A stretch of DNA of 63,946 nt from contig JARDVH010000130.1 of NCBI GenBank assembly GCA_030324005.1, forward strand, positions 12,980,579-13,044,524, read 5' to 3'. Of this stretch, positions 38,150 through 50,399 are shown one piece after another. The translations under genes were made by a program, and so were the position numbers. Origin of the DNA: Negaprion brevirostris. Lineage: Eukaryota. Under the pieces are notes generated by a model. That model had not been told where the DNA came from. It worked only from the letters and a program-made list of their open reading frames with translations, and searched no databases. Position 1 is the first letter of the stretch. Each line of letters starts with the position of its first letter.

Positions 38150-38525
38150 CACATTCTCACTTTGAGGTCAGATGGTTCAAGTATCACACCAGAGAAAGAA
38201 AGAAATTTGAGGTTGGCACTTCAGTGCAGTGCTGAGTGAGTGTTGCACTGTTCAAGCTGCTACTGTTTAGAGGAGACATTAAACTGGGCTTGTTTGCCCT
38301 CCCAGGTTGACATAAAAGAAAAATTTCAAACTGGAATAAGGGAATTCTACCTGTATTCTGGCCAATATTTGTCCCTCAGTAAAGACCACTAAAACATATT
38401 AACTGTTTGTGGGGAACTGTTCAGTAAAATTTGGCTGGCAACTTTGCAAACCTGACTACACTTCAAAAACACTAACTAAAGTGCTTTGAGACATCCCAAG
38501 GTCATTGAAGATGCTTCAGAAATTT
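38150..38525 (+). mobile_element. Deu-domain SINE (SacSINE1/AmnSINE1-like)
   Basis: gagacattaaactggg..tgccctcccaggttgacataaaag...ctggccaatatttgtccctca resembles the Deu core as I recall it; L2-type tail aaagtgctttgagacatcc. Confidence 0.7.
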
Positions 38526-39469
38526 AAAACTTTCTATAACAAACAATTGGGGCAATGCAAGAGCTGCTGTCAGTACATTTTAAAAATATATAAGTATTAC
38601 CAGTTTACAAATTAACAATTTGGTGAATGAGAACCATCAGCAATGCCAGCTATCTACAAATCATGCACATCCATTCATTAAATTTTCTCACATACAGGTG
38701 AAATGCAACAATGGCTAAGCAACATGAACATATAAGTACAAAAANNNNNNNNNNNNNNNNNNNNNNNNNNNNNNNNNNNNNNNNNNNNNNNNNNNNNNNN
38801 NNNNNNNNNNNNNNNNNNNNNNNNNNNNNNNNNNNNNNNNNNNNNNNNNNNNNNNNNNNNNNNNNNNNNNNNNNNNNNNNNNNNNNNNNNNNNNNNNNNN
38901 NNNNNNNNNNNNNNNNNNNNNNNNNNNNNNNNNNNNNNNNNNNNNNNNNNNNNNNNNNNNNNNNNNNNNNNNNNNNNNNNNNNNNNNNNNNNNNNNNNNN
39001 NNNNNNNNNNNNNNNNNNNNNNNNNNNNNNNNNNNNNNNNNNNNNNNNNNNNNNNNNNNNNNNNNNNNNNNNNNNNNNNNNNNNNNNNNNNNNNNNNNNN
39101 NNNNNNNNNNNNNNNNNNNNNNNNNNNNNNNNNNNNNNNNNNNNNNNNNNNNNNNNNNNNNNNNNNNNNNNNNNNNNNNNNNNNNNNNNNNNNNNNNNNN
39201 NNNNNNNNNNNNNNNNNNNNNNNNNNNNNNNNNNNNNNNNNNNNNNNNNNNNNNNNNNNNNNNNNNNNNNNNNNNNNNNNNNNNNNNNNNNNNNNNNNNN
39301 NNNNNNNNNNNNNNNNNNNNNNNNNNNNNNNNNNNNNNNNNNNNNNNNNNNNNNNNNNNNNNNNNNNNNNNNNNNNNNNNNNNNNNNNNNNNNNNNNNNN
39401 NNNNNCCATCAGCGGTGTATTAATGGATCATTAGATATTGGATCTAGGAGGTTTTAGATTTCTACTCTG

Positions 39470-40005
39470 TGTTGCTCAATACATTGATTCCTGGAATGAC
39501 AGTGTTATCCTTTCAGGGGAAATTGAGTAGAATGGGCCATGCTATTCATAGTTCGAAAGAATGTGAGGCAATCTCATTGGAACAAACAGGATTCTGAGAG
39601 GACTTGTGAGGATAGAAGCTGTTTTCCCTGGCTGGAGAGTCTAGACCAAGGTACTTCATCTCAGGACAGAGGTCCAGATTTTCAGACTGAGATGAAGAGA
39701 AGTTTCCTTCACCCAGGATAGAAAGGACCGAGGCTGTTTTCGCTGGCTCAAGGGTCTAGGTTAAGGGATATAGTCCCAGAATAAATCTTTGAATTTTGCT
39801 ATCGCCAAAGATTGTAAATGCTTAGTTGTTGCGTATATTTGAGGCTGAATTTGCAAGTATTTGGACTCTAAGGGGAATCAAAGGATATCTGCCTGTGGCA
39901 GGAAATTGGAGTGAAGGTCAAGGATCAGTCATGATCTTATTGAATGGAAGAGCAGGCTCATGGGACCATATGGCCTTCTCATGTTGCTATTATGTTCTAA
40001 TGCTC
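39470..40005 (+). mobile_element. CR1 LINE 3' fragment with internal duplication
   Basis: The gctgttttcc/cgctggc..gtctag segment occurs twice (~39617 and ~39732); tail ttatgttc. Confidence 0.8.
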
Positions 40006-40304
40006 TGCTAACCAGGAAACATTAAGGGAGAACTACGATTGGGATCAAGGAGAAGTCAAAAGCTCATCTGAAATTTCTGATCATTATCCAGTAGCTGCTA
40101 TTGAGAATAGTGCATGTGCGGGCATCAGAAGGACAAAATGTAATTTCACTGTGGGGGGGAAAAAAAACCCAAGAGTGAATAGCCTAATGCTGCTCACATT
40201 CCTAAATGAAAAATGACTGAGATATAAAGAGCAGAAGCATATCTTTGGAAGAGTGAGCACTAACTGAAGACCAAGGGAGGAAAAGGAAAGAAATCTGCAT
40301 GTGT

Positions 40305-43300
40305 AAAAAAAAAAAAATCAGTACAACATAAGTTGAGAGTTATGAGTTCAACTGGTTGTTTGTTCCGTTGCTGTACAGCAGCTTTTAATGTTATGGTCAG
40401 CAGTGATAATTTTAATGACAGAACTAAGTACTATGTCACACAAGCACTAAAATAATAACTTACACTGGTGATATAATGCTTTTAAATTTCATGCAAACCA
40501 TTTACTTGCACACAAGCAGAATAGGATACATCCATAATGATGTAGAAAATGGANNNNNNNNNNCTCACCCAAGATCGTAACATATTCTGTTTGTTGTCAC
40601 TCACACAAAAGAGCATCAGAGCTACACATGTTCAGCTGTCTTTGCTGAGCTATCCTGCATTTTGTTTTGGAAGGGATGACTTCCAGAGAACAGATTATTT
40701 AATACAGCATTTATTTTAATTAACTCAGAATTACAAGTCAAAGTCAGTAGAAATATGCACACAAAACACATGGTCTTGATCATTTTTGTTCATAAAAGAT
40801 AAAAAGTTTTAAAATCTACCTCAGCCTCCTGAAGGGAGCAGGGGGTGGGAAAAAACTCTCATCGATGTGGACTTGAAGCAGCCCTAATGCTGAATGGATA
40901 CAGATGAATATTCTGTGTGCTTGATGATACATTACTGACAGTTCTTGTACAGTAATGATGAACTGATACATTATTGACATATCCTATTCACTAATGCCTT
41001 TAGAAGCTATATGAAAATAACCAGTCAGGACATAGCTGAATCAGACCTGGAAATTCATCTTTAATTTGTTATTAAGTAGAAGGGGAAGGTAAAGTATTTG
41101 ATACATTGAGCAGATTGCATAGGGCAAGAAACTATGTTTTTAAATAACAATATTTTATAAACCCAAATTATAGGCATGTTTATGACAATAAACAAGCAAA
41201 AAAATAAATAGATTAGAAGATTGAAACATTGTATGCTAATGAGTAGGGATGTCACAATATAAGTTTTGACAGTACAATAGTCTTTCAAAATTAATTCTAT
41301 TTTGAGTAAGGAAAAATAGAGTAATTCTAACCAACACTACCTCTTTTAGAAATATAATCTGTCTTTCACAGTGGCCTTGCCTTGCATCTTCTTTCACATC
41401 ACTATAAGATTTTGGATTATTACGGTGAAAATCATCCTTAATAGAGAATATTAAATGTATGCAGTGTGATTATGGGGGAGCTTGTATATCACAATATGTT
41501 GGCCTATTAAAGTATTATGACATCCCTAAACAGGAAATGAACAAGCCTGTCAACACAAATGTTTTCAAAATGATATCACTGAAAATGACAGAAGTAATAC
41601 TATAGCCATTGAAACTTGGATGTCCTGGACCTGATGGTACACAGGTTGCAGAACCTCTTTTCACTTCAAAGATCTTATACCAGTTAAGGCAATTTGTGCG
41701 GAATTTTAAAGTGCATTTTTACGCTTCATTAAAGTTAATTTTGACACTAGTAATTAAGATTTTTTTCCCCTCCTTCAGAAACCAAATACTTTTCTTTTTA
41801 ACAAGGTGTTAACTATCAATGTGCACAGCCTCAAATATGCCATCTCGGACACACTGGAGAAGCCTGGACCTCATCAGGTGTTAATTCTGCTTTTATGCAT
41901 TCAACTGAAGTGAATTAAAAATCCGAAATGAATAAAATAGAGGATGTTTCTGCTACATCCTCGTACCTGCACAGNNNNNNNNNNNNNNNNNNNNNNNNNN
42001 NNNNNNNNNNNNNNNNNNNNNNNNNNNNNNNNNNNNNNNNNNNNNNNNNNNNNNNNNNNNNNNNNNNNNNNNNNNNNNNNNNNNNNNNNNNNNNNNNNNN
42101 NNNNNNNNNNNNNNNNNNNNNNNNNNNNNNNNNNNNNNNNNNNNNNNNNNNNNNNNNNNNNNNNNNNNNNNNNNNNNNNNNNNNNNNNNNNNNNNNNNNN
42201 NNNNNNNNNNNNNNNNNNNNNNNNNNNNNNNNNNNNNNNNNNNNNNNNNNNNNNNNNNNNNNNNNNNNNNNNNNNNNNNNNNNNNNNNNNNNNNNNNNNN
42301 NNNNNNNNNNNNNNNNNNNNNNNNNNNNNNNNNNNNNNNNNNNNNNNNNNNNNNNNNNNNNNNNNNNNNNNNNNNNNNNNNNNNNNNNNNNNNNNNNNNN
42401 NNNNNNNNNNNNNNNNNNNNNNNNNNNNNNNNNNNNNNNNNNNNNNNNNNNNNNNNNNNNNNNNNNNNNNNNNNCAGATTTTTGCTCCATCCACATTTTT
42501 GTACTCAGCTGTAATGATTATAAATAAACATTACCAAACCCTAACCCATCCCACTGGTTTTCAGAACCTTCATTATCAAAAAAAAAACTGCATGCAGCAC
42601 GCTTCTCAGTCACATGCAGATAAATGTTAACCTAAGGCGCAATTTCCCAAAAACTAGAAACTCAATTGCTAAAATAAGCATGAGCTGCCAGAAGCCACAT
42701 AGATTTTATCAAAGCAGTTCTGCAGCATTGGATCAGTTATTGCTGTTTATTAAGTGCAGTATTAAAGTCATTTAACACAGGGGAAAGTTTTCTCCTACCT
42801 CAAGGTTTATGTGATGCAGAAGGGTCAGGATAACCAGAGTATGGGTGGTTTACATATTCTACATGAAGAAGTTAATGCCCTGTTGCCAACAGCAATTGCA
42901 GTTCATCAAGAGTTACTCAACATTCCTCCATGTAACTCTCACTTATACCCTCAGTTTAGTTGTATCAACGAATTCAGTCAGGTAGCCTTGGAGTAGTTTC
43001 ATTCTTTGTGAAATCTTTTAATCTTTTGCATTCCTTAAATTTCCAAGAAATTACAATNNNNNTCAAGTGCCACCATTCTTTTGGGATTTAATCATGTCTT
43101 AATCTGCCTGTATCAGTCCGCGTTATCCAAGTGTGACAAACCGTCTCTTACAATAATTACATCCATCTCCAGGTAAATCGTTCTGTCTGAAGACTTGCAT
43201 GATGTTAATTACAAAAATGTAACTCTTATTTCTCCAGATCTTTGGGAAATTGCCATATAGTTTTCCAAGCATTGGTGTAATAGTCTCAAGTTGTCTTTTG

Positions 43301-45420
43301 AGAGCTTCTGGCCTTAAGTAGTTTGTCAGAGTGAGCTGTGACAAGTTTCTGCATAACAATTAGGCTAAGGATAATGATAGGCGAAACAAGAGACATTGGC
43401 AACATATTTATATGTAACCACTGAAACTGAGTTGTAGATATGGCTCCAGAAATGAAGATAAGGAATGATATTGATGAAGAACCTGTAATTACATAGCCGT
43501 TTATGCGAATTCAGGGTTACCAAAAAAAAAAGAACTTCCTCAGCCTGGGGCCACAAAATTAAACTGTCCTTTTCATCAATCTAAACTGAGGTAGTCTGCC
43601 GAAGAAACACTGCATTATCCTTTAGATCGGNNNNNNNNNNNNNNNNNNNNNNNNNNNNNNNNNNNNNNNNNNNNNNNNNNNNNNNNNNNNNNNNNNNNNN
43701 NNNNNNNNNNNNNNNNNNNNNNNNNNNNNNTGCATTATCCTTTTTGGTACATTGCAGCTTATGCAGGTGGGCAGAAAGAGACAAAGTTAACATTCTTCAG
43801 TGTTACTGTTTTCAGTCTATCACCTTGATGCCTCATGTCAATGCCATCAACATCTGTGCAATTCCTTAGCAGGTTCTGAGTGCTGATCCCATTGTAGAAA
43901 TTGTGTTCAAATCTTAAGTTGATATGGACCTCAAAGACGTTCTGAGAGCATTCTCACTGGGGTTCTTGTTCAGCTGTAATGTCCATTTGCCAAGGTGTTC
44001 CGGGTTTTCCTTCTCTGTTTTTCTCTTTCTCTCTCTCTCTCTCACCAATCAGTTTAAATCCTGTCATCTTCAGAAGCATGTACAAACTTTTCTATCAACT
44101 TTAAGCCAAGATAACCGTCCATTGGCCTTCACACATAAAAATTTTGTTGGACATAAATGAGGTGCTATACTTTCATGGTGTTACAGATTAAGAGGATTTC
44201 AGTGGACATCAGCTCATTCACCATTCTTTGTACATGGAGGCACTTCCAGCAGTCTGGGAGTGTAAGGATTTAAAAGGCACTAGCAACTAACTAAGTCATT
44301 TGTTGAGTTTCTGCAGTAACATAGAGGGAAGCTAAAAAAAAAAGTCTTGTCTCAATCAGGATAGATTTGGAAATGAACTGCAAATTAGGTGCATAATTTA
44401 CATACACTTTGCACTTACATTCTGCTAAAATGCATGAAAGGCATGCTTTCTTATCTGTTTGATTAGTTCCATTTTTAAATTAAATTGTATCATATATAAG
44501 TATATACATTATCTAGCCTGCTTTCATTTAGCTCACTGAATTCCCAACAGGAACCGGGCTTTTGTTGCATCATATTTTCAGGATTATTAAGGACACGAAC
44601 CAACTCATTTCCCTGAAATTCTGCAGGAAAATCATCAGGTCCCTCAAATATCCGATCACGAGCAGTTCAAATCTCTTTGTGTAACCTGATATCATGCATA
44701 AGTTATAGTGGGTTACTTTTTCTAAAGAGGCCGTAATGTTAAGTAGTTAAAACATGCTATGATCTAAAGTTACTCTGCCCCATACAAGTTTGAACATTCA
44801 GGTCCATGAGTGCTTAGAAGTACTANNNNNNNNNNTTGCACTTTTGGTGAGAGCAAATGAGAACTAACTCTCCAGAATTATAACTGAGAACACAAACTCG
44901 CTTCCTGTTACTTGAGGTAATGTCCAAGGCATGCCACCACTGAAGTGAATGATGAAATATCAAGGCATGCTGTTATTTTAGGGATTTTCTCTCCTTTTTT
45001 TTGAATGATGCTCCTCGCATTTAAATCGGGGAATTGGGTGAATTTTACGTTCAGTCCTGGAAGCAGCTGGATTGCAGCATCTGCAAAACTGCAGCACTGC
45101 AGACGTTTTCAGCAGACTGATTATAAATTTGAGGCAAAAGCAGTCACTTGTTTTCCTTGGTGTAGGGAGCGTCTCGTCACCTCTCGCAATGAAATATTCA
45201 TCAGTGGACCGAAATTGCGGACGCTTGCAAGTTTGACCAGAATCTGGTGCATTTGGTTGTTTTGTTTTGTTGTTGGATGCACGGTGCAGCTTGCAAACAG
45301 AGAATGTACCTTAATACATGCACTGGTAAATGAACTGAGGGAAAACACAGAAGAATATTTCCATTCGAGCAGGTATTAAAAGTCCAAGTTTCAAAGTTGG
45401 CGGGGGGGGGGGGGGGGGGT
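40305..45420 (-). other. Probable long 3'UTR of KCNA1 with distal poly(A) region
   Basis: About 5 kb with no recognisable TE directly downstream of the CDS. Minus-strand AATAAA at 40710-40715 and ATTAAA at 40384-40389 and 40411-40416, followed by a GT/T-rich tract (~40305-40330). TEs resume below ~40005. Confidence 0.55.
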
Positions 45421-46219
45421 GNNNNNNNNNNNNNNNNNNNNNNNNNNNNNNNNNNNNNNNNNNNNNNNNNNNNNNNNNNNNNNNNNNNNNNNNNNNNNNN
45501 NNNNNNNNNNNNNNNNNNNNNNNNNNNNNNNNNNNNNNNNNNNNNNNNNNNNNNNNNNNNNNNNNNNNNNNNNNNNNNNNNNNNNNNNNNNNNNNNNNNN
45601 NNNNNNNNNNNNNNNNNNNNNNNNNNNNNNNNNNNNNNNNNNNNNNNNNNNNNNNNNNNNNNNNNNNNNNNNNNNNNNNNNNNNNNNNNNNNNNNNNNNN
45701 NNNNNNNNNNNNNNNNNNNNNNNNNNNNNNNNNNNNNNNNNNNNNNNNNNNNNNNNNNNNNNNNNNNNNNNNNNNNNNNNNNNNNNNNNNNNNNNNNNNN
45801 NNNNNNNNNNNNNNNNNNNNNNNNNNNNNNNNNNNNNNNNNNNNNNNNNNNNNNNNNNNNNNNNNNNNNNNNNNNNNNNNNNNNNNNNNNNNNNNNNNNN
45901 NNNNNNNNNNNNNNNNNNNNNNNNNNNNNNNNNNNNNNNNNNNNNNNNNNNNNNNNNNNNNNNNNNNNNNNNNNNNNNNNNNNNNNNNNNNNNNNNNNNN
46001 NNNNNNNNNNNNNNNNNNNNNNNNNNNNNNNNNNNNNNNNNNNNNNNNNNNNNNNNNNNNNNNNNNNNNNNNNNNNNNNNNNNNNNNNNNNNNNNNNNNN
46101 NNNNNNNNNNNNNNNNNNNNNNNNNNNNNNNNNNNNNNNNNNNNNNNNNNNNNNNNNNNNNNNNNNNNNNNNNNNNNNNNNNNNNNNNNNNNNNNNNNNN
46201 NNNNNNNNNNNNNNNNNNN

Positions 46220-47143
46220 CTGCAGGCCCTTGGAGTGGCGGGAAAGCTTGAAGATGCGGAAGACCCGCACCAGGCGGATGACCCGGAGGATGGCCAGCGA
46301 GGTGGCCTGCTCCCCGCTCATGTTGCCCTCCTCCTCCTCGGCCAGCTCGGTGCCCAGGGTGATGAAGTAAGGGATGATGGCCACGATGTCGATGAAGTTC
46401 ATGATGTTCTTGAAGAACTCGGCCTTGCTGGGGCAGGCGAAGAAGCGCACCAGCAGCTCGAAGGAGAACCAGATGATGCAGAGGGTCTCCACGATGAAGA
46501 AGGGGTCGCTGAAGATGTTGGCCTTGTAGGGCACGGTGGTGTTGCCCACCTGCATGGTCCTCTTCCTGTCGTCCTTGAGCGGGGGCAGGGTCTCCAGGCA
46601 GAAGATGACGATGGAGATGAGGATGACCATGACGGAGACGATGGCGATGCCCCGGGCTGGCCCCGAGCTCTCGGGGTGCTCGAAGAGGAGCCACACCTGG
46701 CGCTGGTACTCATTCTCGGGCAGGGGTCTCTCCTCCTCCCGGATGAAGCCCTCGTCCTCCCGGAACTTCTCCATGGCCTCCTCGCCCAGCTCGTAGAACT
46801 TGATCTCCTCGGAGAACATCTCGAGGGGCACATTGACCGGCCGCCGGAGGCGACCCCCACTCTGGTAGTAGTAGAGGATGGCGTCGAAGCTGGGCCGGTT
46901 CCGGTCGAAGAAGTACTCGTTCCTCAGCGGGTCGAAGTACCTCATCCTCTTCTTGGGGTTGCCCAGCAACGTGTTGGGGAACTGGGCCAGGGTCTTCAGC
47001 TGGGTCTCGAAGCGCAGCCCCGAGATGTTGATGACCACGCGCTCGCAGCACTCGTGGTCGTCGTTGTCCGGCGGGTAGCTGTCCTGGGGGTGGCCGGGCA
47101 GAGCGGACGCCTCGTCCATGTTGTCGCCGGCGAGCACGGTCAT
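46220..47143 (-). CDS. KCNA1: Voltage-gated potassium channel Kv1.1 (Shaker family). Visible part runs from the N-terminus through T1 and S1-S4; the CDS continues into gap 45422-46219, with the stop expected near 45670 if the length is mammal-like.
   Basis: [96 protein letters not shown] (T1 domain) ... S4 [24 protein letters not shown]. The N-terminus, [12 protein letters not shown] and GEQATSL are Kv1.1-type. Intronless, high GC3, good Kozak (ccaggATG). The ORF-track end at 45311 is read-through of Ns. Confidence 0.95.
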
Positions 47144-48029
47144 CCTGGCCGGGAGGGTGGGNNNNNNNNNNNNNNNNNNNNNNNNNNNNNNNNNNNNNNN
47201 NNNNNNNNNNNNNNNNNNNNNNNNNNNNNNNNNNNNNNNNNNNNNNNNNNNNNNNNNNNNNNNNNNNNNNNNNNNNNNNNNNNNNNNNNNNNNNNNNNNN
47301 NNNNNNNNNNNNNNNNNNNNNNNNNNNNNNNNNNNNNNNNNNNNNNNNNNNNNNNNNNNNNNNNNNNNNNNNNNNNNNNNNNNNNNNNNNNNNNNNNNNN
47401 NNNNNNNNNNNNNNNNNNNNNNNNNNNNNNNNNNNNNNNNNNNNNNNNNNNNNNNNNNNNNNNNNNNNNNNNNNNNNNNNNNNNNNNNNNNNNNNNNNNN
47501 NNNNNNNNNNNNNNNNNNNNNNNNNNNNNNNNNNNNNNNNNNNNNNNNNNNNNNNNNNNNNNNNNNNNNNNNNNNNNNNNNNNNNNNNNNNNNNNNNNNN
47601 NNNNNNNNNNNNNNNNNNNNNNNNNNNNNNNNNNNNNNNNNNNNNNNNNNNNNNNNNNNNNNNNNNNNNNNNNNNNNNNNNNNNNNNNNNNNNNNNNNNN
47701 NNNNNNNNNNNNNNNNNNNNNNNNNNNNNNNNNNNNNNNNNNNNNNNNNNNNNNNNNNNNNNNNNNNNNNNNNNNNNNNNNNNNNNNNNNNNNNNNNNNN
47801 NNNNNNNNNNNNNNNNNNNNNNNNNNNNNNNNNNNNNNNNNNNNNNNNNNNNNNNNNNNNNNNNNNNNNNNNNNNNNNNNNNNNNNNNNNNNNNNNNNNN
47901 NNNNNNNNNNNNNNNNNNNNNNNNNNNNNNNNNNNNNNNNNNNNNNNCGGAATACAAAGGTTAGCATAAAAAAAAACATTCAGCTAAACACAGACGGGAC
48001 AAAATAAAAAGTTTTTTTTGGTTGGAGGG

Positions 48030-49620
48030 GGGAGGAGAGTGTCTGGTTGCAATAACCCCTCTTGTGAGTGTGGCGCTTGCACAGTTCAGAACCAGCCCGG
48101 CGCTCTCTCTCTCTCTCTCTCTACATCTTCGCAAAAAAGACAGCGAGTGCTTTCTGGCGGACACGAAGCCAGCTGCAGTAACTCGGTTAGGAGGAGGAGG
48201 AGGAGGATGGAGGGGGGAGGAGAGAAAGGAGGAGCGGGAACTCTGCAACTGCAGAGGGTTGACTGAAGGGGGTGGGGGAATAAATGAACATGCTTACCTG
48301 CTAACTAAAAGAGGACAGAAATGTACAGGAATGCGACCCAGCCTCGGCGCGATGCACAGCTTCCCCTCCTGTGGACTTCTTTCTACCTCCTTAATATGGA
48401 TATCCTATTACAGCTTTGTGAATATGAGATCTGCTGAAATATTAATAGCCTATATTATGCTGTACTGACACCATTTACCAAGTCACTTGTTCCTGGCGTT
48501 TGTTAGAACGGNNNNNNNNNNNNNNNNNNNNNNNNNNNNNNNNNNNNNNNNNNNNNNNNNNNNNNNNNNNNNNNNNNNNNNNNNNNNNNNNNNNNNNNNN
48601 NNNNNNNNNNNNNNNNNNNNNNNNNNNNNNNNNNNNNNNNNNNNNNNNNNNNNNNNNNNNNNNNNNNNNNNNNNNNNNNNNNNNNNNNNNNNNNNNNNNN
48701 NNNNNNNNNNNNNNNNNNNNNNNNNNNNNNNNNNNNNNNNNNNNNNNNNNNNNNNNNNNNNNNNNNNNNNNNNNNNNGTATCAGCAAAAAAAATGAGGGA
48801 GAGAGAGAGAGAAAGTGCTTTGTTGGAGTGCATACAGGGTACCGTTCTCCGGACATCAACCTTTACAGCTACGGCAAAGCAGCTTCTTCCCCCTCCTCCA
48901 GCACATTGCAGTGAAAACAATAAAAACACACACACACACAATCTACTATTTCTGACATACCAAATCGAGACGTTTTAGACGCAGTGCAGGCAACCCCGGT
49001 AAGATCCTCATTGCTCACGACGCCGTGCACACTCGCAAAAAAAAAATCCGCATCATAAACATCAAAACTGCTGCATCATTTGGTTAGATTTTACGACAAT
49101 GTTCCTTTGACTGCAGCGCAGTGTGGCAATCCTGCGAATCCAATCACTGCGACGCCAGTTCAAACCCGCAGGTATAGTGCTACTGTTCCAGGAGGAAGGG
49201 GCGGTTTATAACTGTGCGGGAAATCTGTACATCTATAAAACAACTGTGCAGTATAGCTCCCATCAACTGTAAACACTTAGTGTTTAATAAATCAACGCCC
49301 CACCCTTTTTTTTGTTTTTGGAAGATTAACCAAAACATTTCACCCCTTCTTTTAAACTATAATAGATTATTTTTTCCTAAATGTTGGAACAACGAGAACC
49401 GCTGGACAGCGCGCTGTTTAATCTTTTAACTGAAACATTGCCACCTTGAGTAACACGATGTTGTCAATGTATTTATATAGATTTTTAAAAAATATATGTC
49501 TTCCCGTTTACGTTCATAATCACTTATGATTTTAACTGAAACTTAAAAGAACAAACGCGCAGTCATGGTTTCTTTATTATAGATATATGTAAACGCGCCA
49601 AAAAGTAAACAAAAATGTGC
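48030..49620 (-). promoter_or_regulatory. CpG-enriched 5'UTR/promoter region of KCNA1
   Basis: Elevated CpG and TE-free, with (TC)n, (GGA)n, (GA)n and (CA)n microsatellites. GC box GGGGCGG ~49198-49204, minus-strand TATAAA 49205-49210, candidate minus-strand splice donor CAG|GTAAGC at 48292-48300. Confidence 0.5.
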
Positions 49621-50399
49621 TGAGCTCCGCTAAACATCCCTCAAATTGAAAGCACAAAACATAAACCTCAAATGGTTATGGGTATCGATCGAAGCTGACA
49701 GCATCCTGACAATTAAAAGGGAAAGGACCGTCACTCGTCTCAGGAATTAATGCATCACCAGTTATGTAATGTGTTTCTTGCCAATCTACGATACCAGAAA
49801 GCACTGTCCGCGGTCCCATTTTCTCCAATGTTGGAATTCGCACCCGAGCACACCTACTTAATTAGCTTATTCTTAATTCCAGGCTACTTACTGGCAAATT
49901 AGTCCTCACCTGATGTAAGACCAGCGGATGGAAACAGCAGAGAAATAAATGGGAATCTGCTGCTGTGCCTCCCCGGTTGCAAATTTGATGGTCAGCCACT
50001 AGGTGTATTTGCACAGAGTTTATTGTGGTCACATTTATGTTAACTCCAAGTGCTCCCACTGGAGCAAAGGCACAAACTATGACATAACTGCGGCCACATT
50101 AATAGATGGGCCTCGGGGGACAGATGCCCTGGGGTCCCCAACCAAATGTGCACAATCTCTGGGGTTCGTGAGCCCTCCGGCAGCCTCTCGGAAGTACTGA
50201 GGGGAAAAAAATCCCCAAACACTGCTGCGGTCAACCCATGAGAAATAGCACTGGGACATTGTTTCTTTTGGNNNNNNNNNNNNNNNNNNNNNNNNNNNNN
50301 NNNNNNNNNNNNNNNNNNNNNNNNNNNNNNCTCAGTCCTGCACCATCATCCTCTTTGCCATCCTTTTTACCCTCTGGACACCCTCTCACAGGCCTTACC

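Noticed and set aside
42479-42485. miR-129-5p seed match (GCAAAAA in mRNA) in the putative 3'UTR
   Set aside because: A single A-rich 7-mer in 5 kb of AT-rich sequence is expected by chance; needs conservation data.
45311-45421. C-terminal HPPPPPPP...MY of the 610-aa ORF call
   Set aside because: Read-through of the gap into 3'UTR; Kv1.1 is about 490-495 aa, so the true stop should lie inside the gap.
45419-48007. 862-aa plus-strand ORF and other overlapping frames across KCNA1
   Set aside because: Antisense and alternate-frame shadows of a very GC3-rich CDS, extended by N runs; no recognisable domain.
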